Notes under the pieces: generated by a model
Databases searched by the model: none
What the model saw: the letters and a program-made list of their open reading frames with translations, nothing else
Told to the model about the DNA's origin: nothing
Part shown: piece after piece, positions 55,957-64,000 of the stretch
How the letters are laid out: the number at the start of each line of letters is the position of its first letter
Position numbering within the stretch: position 1 is the stretch's first letter
Assembly: GCA_937995755.1 (NCBI GenBank)
Contig: CALKJD010000043.1
Coordinates: forward strand, 2,375-66,374
DNA: 64,000 bases
Direction of reading: 5' to 3'
Origin: an uncultured Saprospiraceae bacterium
GTDB taxonomy: Bacteria; Bacteroidota; Bacteroidia; Chitinophagales; Saprospiraceae
Program-made: the position numbers and the translations under genes

Positions 55957-57105
55957 CTAATCCACTATCATAGTCTCAGTATCCAATACCTGCTGCTTCA
56001 CATTATCAGGAAGCTCTCTATATCCATATTGCTGATTACGAAGTTGTGGTTTAAATCCAGCATCCTTGATCGCCTGTTGGATACCGTCTGCAGTAAATCT
56101 AAATGCTGCTCCGGCTGCCGACACTACATTTTCTTCGATCATAATAGATCCAAAATCATTGGCTCCTGAGTGCAGGCAAACTTGTGCAACTTTTTTACCA
56201 ACAGTAAGCCATGACGCTTGGATATTTACCACGTTTGGTAGCATGATACGACTCATAGCGATCATACGTACGTATTCGTCACCTGTACAGTTGTTTCTTG
56301 CTCTTTTAATTTTCTTGAGTATGGTATCCTCATCCATAAATGGCCAAGGAATAAATGCTAAGAAACCTTTGGCATGCTCTGGTTTTTCAGATTGCACTTG
56401 GCGTATTGCCGCTAGGTGTTCCATTCGTTCTAGATTAGTCTCTATATGCCCAAACATCATAGTCGCAGATGTAGTAATATCTAGCTGGTGAGCGGCTCTC
56501 ATTACGTCTAGCCATTCTTCGCCACCACATTTACCTTTTGAGATTAATCTACGCACTCTATCATCTAGAATTTCAGCTCCTGCGCCTGGCAGAGAGTCTA
56601 ATCCAGATTCTTTAAGGGCCTTGAGAACTTCAGTATGCGATAGTCCTTCGAGCTTAGCTACGTGAGCGATTTCTGGTGGTCCTAGTGCATGTAACTTTAG
56701 GTTAGGATATAAGCTTTTGAGTTCGCTGAATAGATCACAGTAGTACTTTAGACCTAGATCTGGATGATGCCCTCCTTGAAGGAGTAGCTGTTCTCCACCG
56801 TAAGCGAAGGTTTCTTCTATTTTTTGCTTATAAGATTCGATATCCGTTATATAACTTTCGTCATGTCCAGGTCGTCGGAAAAAATTACAAAACTTACAAT
56901 TTGCGATACAGACATTGGTTGTATTGCTATTACGGTCGATGATCCAAGTAACTGTTTTTTCAGGTACCTTTTGGAATCTGAGCGTATCAGCAACTTGCAT
57001 GAGTTCAGCTGTACTGGCATTTTCAAATAAGAAAACGCCGTCTTCTGCAGTCAGCCATTCTAATGCTAATGCTTTATCTAATAATGAGTCTATTTGCTTT
57101 TGCAT
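55957..57105 (-). CDS. Radical SAM enzyme of the futalosine menaquinone pathway (MqnC/MqnE family)
   Basis: 382 aa with a radical SAM cluster motif CIANCKFCNF preceded by DRNSNTTNVC. The overall CofH/MqnC/MqnE-like layout is present. I cannot tell MqnC from MqnE by eye. Confidence 0.7.
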   Translation of the reverse strand: MQKQIDSLLDKALALEWLTAEDGVFLFENASTAELMQVADTLRFQKVPEKTVTWIIDRNSNTTNVCIANCKFCNFFRRPGHDESYITDIESYKQKIEETFAYGGEQLLLQGGHHPDLGLKYYCDLFSELKSLYPNLKLHALGPPEIAHVAKLEGLSHTEVLKALKESGLDSLPGAGAEILDDRVRRLISKGKCGGEEWLDVMRAAHQLDITTSATMMFGHIETNLERMEHLAAIRQVQSEKPEHAKGFLAFIPWPFMDEDTILKKIKRARNNCTGDEYVRMIAMSRIMLPNVVNIQASWLTVGKKVAQVCLHSGANDFGSIMIEENVVSAAGAAFRFTADGIQQAIKDAGFKPQLRNQQYGYRELPDNVKQQVLDTETMIVD

Positions 57106-57416
57106 ATATCGAAACTTATGGATGTAAAAATAACAAGATAGTAGAGTGAGAGTTCTTAATAATAGTACTAATCGTCAGATCTGCTGAGATTAGCTTCTAT
57201 TCACAGCGTAAAGTGCTTAATAATAGGTGGATTGCATCAGAGAGTCTGTCTCGAATCGGATCGAAGATCACTTCATTGTCATATTCCCTTGTAAACACAC
57301 ACTTTGTTATATCGATTCCCTTACATTTGTGCTAATTACGATCTTATACGGCACTCACTTGCTTGATAAGGTTAAGAAGTATTTAATCAATATAACGATC
57401 AACAAAAACAAAGAAT

Positions 57417-58616
57417 ATGGAGGGCATAGTACGGTCAACAAAGACGGATCTATACGCTGGACATGATTATTACGGAGTAGATGACCTACTTTCGGAAGAT
57501 CATAAGCTCGCAAGAGATGCGGTAAGAGATTGGGTAAAGCAATCAGTAAGTCCAATCATAGAAGACTGCTACGAAAAAGCAGTTTGTCCAACTCACTTAT
57601 TTAAAGAGCTAGCTCAGATCGGTGCGTTTGGTCCTAGTCTACCTGAAAAATATGGTGGAGGAGGAATGGATGAAATCGCATACGGTATCATCATGCAAGA
57701 GTTAGAAAGATGTGATTCGGGTCTCAGATCAATGGCATCTGTGCAAGGTTCTTTAGTCATGTATCCTATATATAGATATGCTACTGAAGAGCAAAAGATG
57801 AAGTATTTACCTAAGTTAGGTAGCGGTGAATTTATCGGATGTTTTGGTTTGACAGAGCCTGATCATGGATCTAATCCAGGAGGCATGACTACCAATATCG
57901 TTGATGACGGTGACGCATATATCCTTAATGGAGCTAAGATGTGGATTACTAATTCTCCAATAGCTGACTTAGCGGTAGTATGGGCTAAGGATGAAGAAGG
58001 TAAGATTAGAGGAATGGTAGTAGAAACTGGAACACCAGGATTTACGACTCCAGAGATCCATGGTAAATTATCACTTAGAGCAAGTATCACAGGTGAATTA
58101 GTATTTGAAGATGTACGAGTTCCAAAAGAACAAGTATTTCCAGATATCAGAGGATTAAAAGGACCATTATCATGTTTGTCTAAAGCAAGATATGGTATCG
58201 CTTGGGGTGCTATCGGAGCAGCATTAGACTGTTATGATTCTGCCTTAAGGTACACTATGCAAAGAGAGCAGTTTGGAAAGCCTTTAGCAGGATTTCAATT
58301 GACTCAGAAAAAATTGGCCGAGATGATCACAGAGATCACAAAAGCCCAACTTATGGTTTGGAGACTTGGTACTTTAGCTAATGATGGCAAAGCAACACCT
58401 GCTCAGATATCTATGGCCAAGCGTAATAGTTGCGAAATAGCTCTGAAGATAGCTAGAGAAGCGCGTCAGATGCATGGTGGAATGGGTATCACTAATGAAT
58501 ATCCAATCATGAGACACATGGCCAATCTAGAGACAGTACTTACTTATGAAGGTACACACGATATCCACTTGTTAATTACAGGAATGGATGTTACTGGATT
58601 AAACGCTTTCAAGTAG
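57417..58616 (+). CDS. Acyl-CoA dehydrogenase, glutaryl-CoA dehydrogenase-like
   Basis: 399 aa with GCFGLTEPDHGSNPGGMTT, WITNSP and YEGTHDIH motifs. The N-terminal pattern is typical of the GCDH subgroup. Confidence 0.82.
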   Translation: MEGIVRSTKTDLYAGHDYYGVDDLLSEDHKLARDAVRDWVKQSVSPIIEDCYEKAVCPTHLFKELAQIGAFGPSLPEKYGGGGMDEIAYGIIMQELERCDSGLRSMASVQGSLVMYPIYRYATEEQKMKYLPKLGSGEFIGCFGLTEPDHGSNPGGMTTNIVDDGDAYILNGAKMWITNSPIADLAVVWAKDEEGKIRGMVVETGTPGFTTPEIHGKLSLRASITGELVFEDVRVPKEQVFPDIRGLKGPLSCLSKARYGIAWGAIGAALDCYDSALRYTMQREQFGKPLAGFQLTQKKLAEMITEITKAQLMVWRLGTLANDGKATPAQISMAKRNSCEIALKIAREARQMHGGMGITNEYPIMRHMANLETVLTYEGTHDIHLLITGMDVTGLNAFK

Positions 58617-58639
58617 TCGGTACACGAAAAATAATATAG

Positions 58640-58672
58640 AAAAAGCCACTCAATTTTTTGAGTGGCTTTTTT
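58640..58672. terminator. Bidirectional intrinsic terminator
   Basis: Perfect 13-bp stem aaaagccactcaa / ttgagtggctttt with a 4-nt loop and flanking A-runs and T-runs. It sits between convergent genes. Confidence 0.85.
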
Positions 58673-58710
58673 AGTAACTAGGGAATTATAAATATGAATC
58701 TTTAGTAAGG

Positions 58711-59085
58711 TTATTCATTTTGGACTTTTATATTTTCCAATTTAATTTGATAAAATGAACCTGGCATTGGATCGGGTAAAAGTAACGGAAGTGTGTTTTC
58801 TCTCACGTAGCCGCAGAAAGTAACCTTAATACCTTCTTCTTCATAAGTGGCATCCCATTCGTCTACGATATACCAACTATTACTATCGTTAACAAATGGT
58901 GTTACTATAGCCCATTTGCCATAGCAAGATAGAAATGTGGTAGTTCCTATATCACTGTCCATAGTAAAGAGACAATCTTCATCCTGACAGTTTAACGCCA
59001 TGTCACAGATAATTACGGGTTCTTCTGTTTTGCTGCACGATGTGATCATTATACCTAAAAGTACGAAGAGGATTATATTTTTCAT
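58711..59085 (-). CDS. Hypothetical Cys-rich lipoprotein
   Basis: 124 aa with lipobox ITSCSK and six further Cys. I recognise no motif. Confidence 0.5.
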   Translation of the reverse strand: MKNIILFVLLGIMITSCSKTEEPVIICDMALNCQDEDCLFTMDSDIGTTTFLSCYGKWAIVTPFVNDSNSWYIVDEWDATYEEEGIKVTFCGYVRENTLPLLLPDPMPGSFYQIKLENIKVQNE

Positions 59086-59230
59086 GTGTAATTATTTTAT
59101 ACCAGTTCTGCTGAAGAATTTCATTTAATATATTGGTATTAGATATTATGATAGACGACATCATTTGCCAAAGGGTTGGTAAGTACAACTATTTTACTGA
59201 AAAAAGCATCTAATTATAAAGCGCTTTGAA

Positions 59231-60376
59231 ATGAAACATTTATTTACAATTTTATGTATTGCCTTATGTACACTTAAGTGCTTTGGTCAAGACTTATCTG
59301 CAGCTGATCAAGCGATGCAGTCCCAAGATTATCTTTCTGCTTTTTCGATTTATTCTTCGTGTTATGAAGCAGATACTAATAATGTGAATTGTCTATATCT
59401 ATCAGGTATATCTGCGTATCGAAGTGGAGATAATAAAATGGCTAAAAAGTATCTTCTTAAGTTAGAAACTAAAGATACAATGTTGGCAAAGGCATGGGTT
59501 AGTCTAGCTGCGATTTATGAAGAAGAAGAGAATCCGCCGAAGGCCATAAAGTATTATACAAGGCTTCAAGAATCTAATCCTAATATCTCTACATACTCAA
59601 GAAAGCTAGGAAGGTTATATAGACTAGCCGATAGTAAGACAGATGCATGGCGATATTACGCAAAGGCTTATAAGACTAATCCGAGAGATATAAAATGTAT
59701 CAAAGGATTAGCAGAACTAGCAATGGCTAATAGTCAGGGGGATCTCGCAGATAGCATTATTATAGAAGGGCTGAAAATAGACTCAACACATATTGGATTA
59801 AATCTTTTAAGAGCCAAATTAAAATACAAAGTGAAAGCATATCAAGAGACTGCAATTATTCTAGAATCTGTTTTAGGGAGTTACGATTTCAATGCGTATT
59901 ATCATAAGTTGTATGGTTATGCCCTAGTACAAATTGATTCGTCTGACAAAGCTATTTTTCATTTGTCGAAAGCTTTAGCAACAACTCCAGAAGATGAGAA
60001 AGTGCACTATTATCTTGGTACGGCGTATGAAAAATTAGAAGATGAGAAATCAGCAATTTTTCATTTTGAGAAAGCTGCAGATTATGCAGTATCTTCATCG
60101 ATAGATAAATATTTTAGAAATCTTGCTAAGCTTTATGATCAAGAAAAAGATTTCCCTAAAGCGATAGAAGCTTACAAAGAAGCTTATAGATATGGAGAAG
60201 ATCCAAAGATGCTTTATTACCTAGCTAGAGCGTCAGATATCTATTATAAAGACAAGAGTATAGCGATCACTTATTATGGTAGATATATCAATAGTAAAGA
60301 TGACGTAAAGTCTTATAAAAATTACGCTACAGAACGCAAACGATACTTGCAAGAGCAGATGCATCAAAGTAAATAA
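59231..60376 (+). CDS. Secreted tetratricopeptide-repeat protein
   Basis: 381 aa with a signal peptide ending CFG/Q. Repeated TPR-like 34-mers are visible (A..Y...Y......A...Y.KA). Confidence 0.7.
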   Translation: MKHLFTILCIALCTLKCFGQDLSAADQAMQSQDYLSAFSIYSSCYEADTNNVNCLYLSGISAYRSGDNKMAKKYLLKLETKDTMLAKAWVSLAAIYEEEENPPKAIKYYTRLQESNPNISTYSRKLGRLYRLADSKTDAWRYYAKAYKTNPRDIKCIKGLAELAMANSQGDLADSIIIEGLKIDSTHIGLNLLRAKLKYKVKAYQETAIILESVLGSYDFNAYYHKLYGYALVQIDSSDKAIFHLSKALATTPEDEKVHYYLGTAYEKLEDEKSAIFHFEKAADYAVSSSIDKYFRNLAKLYDQEKDFPKAIEAYKEAYRYGEDPKMLYYLARASDIYYKDKSIAITYYGRYINSKDDVKSYKNYATERKRYLQEQMHQSK

Positions 60377-60429
60377 TACTATTTACTCTGAGAAATATCT
60401 ATCTTCATTTAAAATTAGACATTATCAGT

Positions 60430-60738
60430 ATGGGATTTTTAGGAAATAGTCGGAAGCCAAGGCCATTTGGATTTATACCAAGGTACTATGATGAGCAGAA
60501 GGAGGAAATAGCTAATCGTATGAAAGCCATGGATAATCCGGATGACATTGATATGGCAAAGAATAGAATTAAATCTGGATTGAGGGCGACTTATCGTGGA
60601 GATGCTGGTTATAAAAAGAAGCAAACTAAGAAAGCAAACATGAGATTGTTTTATATAATTTGCATCTTAATATTGGTCAGCTATTTAATATTGAGATCTA
60701 CTGCTATCACTGATTTTATGGACAAAATTGGAGGGTAA
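60430..60738 (+). CDS. Hypothetical small protein with a C-terminal TM helix
   Basis: 102 aa with a basic N-terminal part and one hydrophobic helix (LFYIICILILVSYLIL). Confidence 0.45.
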   Translation: MGFLGNSRKPRPFGFIPRYYDEQKEEIANRMKAMDNPDDIDMAKNRIKSGLRATYRGDAGYKKKQTKKANMRLFYIICILILVSYLILRSTAITDFMDKIGG

Positions 60739-60809
60739 CGATATCTCAGATTAGAATCCTAACACCACGGCATCCTAAATAAGTTGCTATCACAGTCTAG
60801 ATCTTCTAT

Positions 60810-61829
60810 CTAAAAAGATCCGTCTGATTCTTTATATATTACAGCAGTGACTACTTGGCCTACAACTTTTAAAGTACGCTTAGAAACGATATCAATATTG
60901 TCTTCGTGAGTATGGTGGTAATGACCGAACGTTATTTCTCCAGTAGTAAGATCTTTAGGCAGATTAATAATATCTACCATGGGAAATCCTCTTTTTTTCA
61001 TTACATGATAATGGTCATCCATTACACTAATCCCTTCATAGTTTTGGAAGTAATCAGTATAACCCATTCCTTGTGCAAGGCTCCAAATTTTCTTTAGTTC
61101 TCTTTCGGCATTTACTAAGGTGAAATTTTCATAACCAAACTGAGCGTCCTTAGCTCCCACCATATCGAGTAATATGCCAAACTTGGCTTTATAGTTAGGT
61201 ACGTGTGGATTATCACCCCAATATTGCGAACCTAAACACCAAGTGAAATTGTCTCCAGAATCACCTTGATCTTCAGCATCGAACAGTACAATGTCTACAC
61301 CAAGATCGATTGGGTTGTTTTTGATTATCTCAGCGATATGTAAAAGAATCGCTGTTCCTGTGGCACCATCATCTGCTCCCATGATTGGCATATCTTGCAT
61401 CGATTTGTCATTATCTTTTTCGGCTATCAATCTACTATCCCAATGGGCCGCTAGCATTACTCGATTGGTATGGTCAGGATTAAAAGAGGCAATAATATTA
61501 TAAGATTCTTTATCTTCTAAGCCTAAAAAAGAAGCTTTAAATTCTTGTACTTTTACTTCAGCGCCGGTAGCTTTTAATTTTTCAACGAACCAATCTTTAG
61601 TCGCTTTATGCTCAGGAGTACCAGGGATACGATGACCAAAAGAAAGTTGCTTTTCAGTGTATTCGTAAGCTAGATCTCCATTGAACTTTGGAATTTTTAC
61701 CCTAGGCTTTTGTACTACTGGCTTAGGTGTAGGTTTTGTAGTGGTATCACTTTTACAAGATGAATATCCTATCAGTAAGCCAATAGATAAAAGTAGTATT
61801 GATAAATATTTCATTTCAATTGTGTTCAA
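60810..61829 (-). CDS. M28-family lipoprotein, glutaminyl-peptide cyclotransferase-like
   Basis: 339 aa with lipobox GYSSCKS. The M28 metal-ligand blocks are present (AAHWDS, GADDGATG, FDAEDQG, HH.HED), arranged as in animal-type glutaminyl cyclases found in Bacteroidota. Confidence 0.7.
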   Translation of the reverse strand: MNTIEMKYLSILLLSIGLLIGYSSCKSDTTTKPTPKPVVQKPRVKIPKFNGDLAYEYTEKQLSFGHRIPGTPEHKATKDWFVEKLKATGAEVKVQEFKASFLGLEDKESYNIIASFNPDHTNRVMLAAHWDSRLIAEKDNDKSMQDMPIMGADDGATGTAILLHIAEIIKNNPIDLGVDIVLFDAEDQGDSGDNFTWCLGSQYWGDNPHVPNYKAKFGILLDMVGAKDAQFGYENFTLVNAERELKKIWSLAQGMGYTDYFQNYEGISVMDDHYHVMKKRGFPMVDIINLPKDLTTGEITFGHYHHTHEDNIDIVSKRTLKVVGQVVTAVIYKESDGSF

Positions 61830-61892
61830 TGCTAAGATGAGTACTGGATCAGTACTTTGCTCTAACGTGCTATTAATATAGTTTATAAGAAA

Positions 61893-63380
61893 TTACATTG
61901 ACCAAGACGTACCGTCTTTACCATCTTTAATCTGAATTTCTAATTCTTTTAAGCTATCACGGATCTTATCGGAGATACCCCAATTTTTGCTTTCTCTTGC
62001 TTCCTGTCTGAGTTCGATAACTAGCTGCATAAGACCATCTAATACTTCTCCTCCTGCACCAGCAGCAGTATCGTCCATAAGACCAAATACATCAAAGATG
62101 ATAGCTCTAAGCTTGCTCTCTACAATATCTAAGGTCTTTTGAGAAACTTCTGCAAGAGAAAGAGTGCCAGATTTCAAACTGTTTATTTTCGTAACGACCT
62201 CAAAAATACTAGCGATGGCTCTTGGCGTATTAAAATCGTCATCCATATGCTTATATACATCTTCGACGAGATCAAGTAGCTCTTTGTTAAGCGTTCCTTC
62301 ATTATTTTTCGCAGTACCTCTTAGGTTGCTGAGAGTCTTGAGACCTTCCATGAATCTCTTGTAACCTTTCTCCGCTGCTTGTAATACGCCATCTGTAAGG
62401 TCCGAAGTAGATCTATAGTGAGATTGTAAGAAGAAGAATCTCACTACCATTGGGCTATATCCTTTACTGATATGCTCACTTTCGCCGCTAAAAAGTTCTG
62501 GAGGCATTATGCTGTTTCCATCACTCTTAGACATCTTCTTACCATTCATGAGTAGCATGTTGGTATGTAGCCAGTAGTTGACAGGTGAGCATCCACACGA
62601 TCCCATGTTTTGAGCAATTTCATTTTCATGGTGGGGAAACTTGAGATCATTACCTCCACCGTGTATGTCAAATCTCTCACCTAGATACTTAGTACTCATA
62701 GCTGAACATTCCAAGTGCCATCCTGGAAATCCTTCAGACCATGGAGAATGCCATTTCATAATATGTTCTGGTGCCGCTTTCATCCAGATCGCAAAATCTG
62801 ATGGGTGGCGCTTGTCTTCTTGGTTCTTTAGGTTGTCTCTTGACTCTGCTTTGAGGTCTTCGATCTTACGACCAGATAACTTACCGTATTCTCCAGTATC
62901 TTCTGCTAGCTTAAGTGTATCAAAGTACACTGAGCCATTGGCTTCGTATGCATATCCATTTTTAAGGATTTGCTCGACCATCTCTATCTGCTCTATGATA
63001 TGTGCCGTTGCTCTTGGCTCTATACTCGGCTTTTTAGTATTGAATACATCCATCATGTGATGAAATCCATTAGAGTACTTCTGCACCACTTCCATAGGCT
63101 CTAGCTTTTCCGCTTTAGCTCCTTTGAGGATACGATCTTCGCCATCGTCGAGTAGGTGACCTACATCAGTGATGTTACGGACATACCTTACTTTATATCC
63201 TAAATGTAACAGGTATCTATAGATCATATCAAATCGTACAAAAGTCATACAATTACCCATATGTACATCATTATAGACCGTCGGTCCACATACATACATT
63301 CCTACATATCCTTCGGTAATCGGTTTGAATACCTCTTTCTCGCCACTAAGGCTATTGTACATCTTTAGCTCTCTATTCAT
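61893..63380 (-). CDS. cysS: Cysteine--tRNA ligase
   Basis: 495 aa with the class I HIGH variant (HMGN) and KMSKS. The zinc-site residues are present (CGPTVY, HLEC). Confidence 0.97.
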   Translation of the reverse strand: MNRELKMYNSLSGEKEVFKPITEGYVGMYVCGPTVYNDVHMGNCMTFVRFDMIYRYLLHLGYKVRYVRNITDVGHLLDDGEDRILKGAKAEKLEPMEVVQKYSNGFHHMMDVFNTKKPSIEPRATAHIIEQIEMVEQILKNGYAYEANGSVYFDTLKLAEDTGEYGKLSGRKIEDLKAESRDNLKNQEDKRHPSDFAIWMKAAPEHIMKWHSPWSEGFPGWHLECSAMSTKYLGERFDIHGGGNDLKFPHHENEIAQNMGSCGCSPVNYWLHTNMLLMNGKKMSKSDGNSIMPPELFSGESEHISKGYSPMVVRFFFLQSHYRSTSDLTDGVLQAAEKGYKRFMEGLKTLSNLRGTAKNNEGTLNKELLDLVEDVYKHMDDDFNTPRAIASIFEVVTKINSLKSGTLSLAEVSQKTLDIVESKLRAIIFDVFGLMDDTAAGAGGEVLDGLMQLVIELRQEARESKNWGISDKIRDSLKELEIQIKDGKDGTSWSM

Positions 63381-63509
63381 AACTGCAAAAATACGATGAT
63401 ATTATATATATCATATAATGGTTTGTGTTAATGTGTTTTTAATGCTGTTTACTTTTGCAATTTTTCTTTAGAACATAAATGATCTAGATTATATCTAAAC
63501 CGCTAAATT

Positions 63510-63547
63510 AAAAATGACTCGCAAATCAAAGCCTGCGAGTCATTTTT
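63510..63547 (-). terminator. Intrinsic terminator downstream of the T9SS cargo gene (hairpin symmetric, A/T flanked)
   Basis: 14-bp stem aaaaatgactcgca / tgcgagtcattttt with a 10-nt loop. It lies 24 nt past the minus-strand stop at 63571. Confidence 0.75.
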
Positions 63548-63570
63548 AATTATGTACTTAATAAAAGTTA

Positions 63571-64000
63571 TTATCTAAATAATGTGACATCTCCTCTAAA
63601 TGATTCAGGGACTTTACTAGCTATGGCACATTCATTTAAAATAGGCACTATGTAGTATCCATATACTTCAGCTGGAGCAATATCGCCATCAATGGTTCCA
63701 TCCCATCCTTGTAAGCCATTTGTATTGTCATATACGAGATCTCCTATTCTGTTATACACTCTGAACTCTTCGTATCCAATTACTCCAGAGGTATTAGCTT
63801 GTAAATTAGCAAGTCTGAAATAATCATTGACCCCATCTCCATTAGGAGTAAATAGGTTTGGAGCTTCTATCTCGACAGGATCACTAAATTCGATTGGTTC
63901 TGTTATTACTATTTCACAAGCGTTGCCTTCGGCTTGAATCGATAATGTCACTATGGTTTCATTACCCTGAACATCGTTATCAAATACTTGAGTAATAGGG
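63571..64000 (-). CDS. C-terminal end of a large secreted protein with a T9SS type B (gliding motility-associated, CHU_C-like) sorting domain; 5' part outside the window
   Basis: FTPNGDGVNDYF...EFRVYNRIGDLVY...GWDGT...AP..VYGYY is the type B CTD signature. The frame stays open upstream of the track's GTG at 63951, all the way to the window edge. Confidence 0.8.
   Translation of the reverse strand, partial: PITQVFDNDVQGNETIVTLSIQAEGNACEIVITEPIEFSDPVEIEAPNLFTPNGDGVNDYFRLANLQANTSGVIGYEEFRVYNRIGDLVYDNTNGLQGWDGTIDGDIAPAEVYGYYIVPILNECAIASKVPESFRGDVTLFR

Noticed and set aside
56066-56491. 141-aa plus-strand ORF inside the radical SAM gene. Similar antisense ORFs occur in kmo (5245..5625), cysS (62641..63060), polA, uvrA, parC, the PPIase genes and the C25 peptidase gene.
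   Set aside because: All are embedded antisense in genes with strong motif support. They have hydrophobic or Ser-rich artefact-like composition and no independent signals.
57227-57555. Two overlapping ORFs (79 aa on the plus strand, 66 aa on the minus strand) in the divergent mqn / acyl-CoA dehydrogenase intergenic region.
   Set aside because: Both run into or overlap the acyl-CoA dehydrogenase start. They have no recognisable features. The region is more simply the divergent promoter region.
63396-63414. AT-only inverted repeat atgatat-N5-atatcat just upstream of cysS, considered as a regulatory operator or T-box-like element.
   Set aside because: It is short and pure A/T. It lies next to a TATTTTTG -7-like box, so it is most simply part of an AT-rich promoter. 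It is far too short for a T-box leader.
1-64000. I looked for rRNA, tRNA, tmRNA, RNase P RNA, riboswitches, transposases, integrases, phage genes, toxin-antitoxin pairs and restriction or defence genes.
   Set aside because: No intergenic region showed a cloverleaf-like or otherwise recognisable structured-RNA pattern by eye. No ORF translation carried DDE, tyrosine-recombinase or other mobile or defence hallmarks. Absence of small ncRNAs cannot be proven without covariance-model searches.

Overview
AT-rich chromosomal segment that reads as Bacteroidota: T9SS sorting domains, TAnnTTTG-type -7 promoter boxes, and Gln directly after predicted signal-peptide cleavage sites. It holds about 50 protein-coding genes, almost all core housekeeping. 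DNA replication and repair: polA, uvrA, ligA, recO, parC, a UvrD-type helicase-nuclease fusion, and an orphan homolog of the ligase-associated exonuclease. Translation: rimP-nusA-infB, cysS, rsmG, an ABC-F ATPase. Cofactor synthesis: folB, pdxA, hemB, the kynurenine-branch NAD genes kmo plus 3-hydroxyanthranilate dioxygenase, and a futalosine-type radical SAM enzyme. Envelope: lpxH, three tandem SurA/PpiD-like chaperones, a SPOR protein, two GT2 glycosyltransferases, an exported D-Ala-D-Ala dipeptidase. There is also a heavy-metal P1B ATPase. I found no rRNA, tRNA, CRISPR array, transposase or integrase. Six items are not routine: (1) a 91-bp tandem repeat array that abuts the kmo start codon; (2) an overlapping pair of uncharacterised membrane proteins whose architecture resembles SdpA/SdpB; (3) a 1679-aa PorU-like C25 peptidase not paired with porV; (4) a terminator-like leader hairpin in front of rimP-nusA-infB; (5) a MerR/B12-binding-like regulator next to a YceI lipoprotein; (6) a perfect palindrome at the metal ATPase promoter. 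I do not see a clear multi-gene novel system such as a defence island, and most of the window is ordinary. All functional calls rest on motif recognition by eye in the supplied translations, not on database searches.
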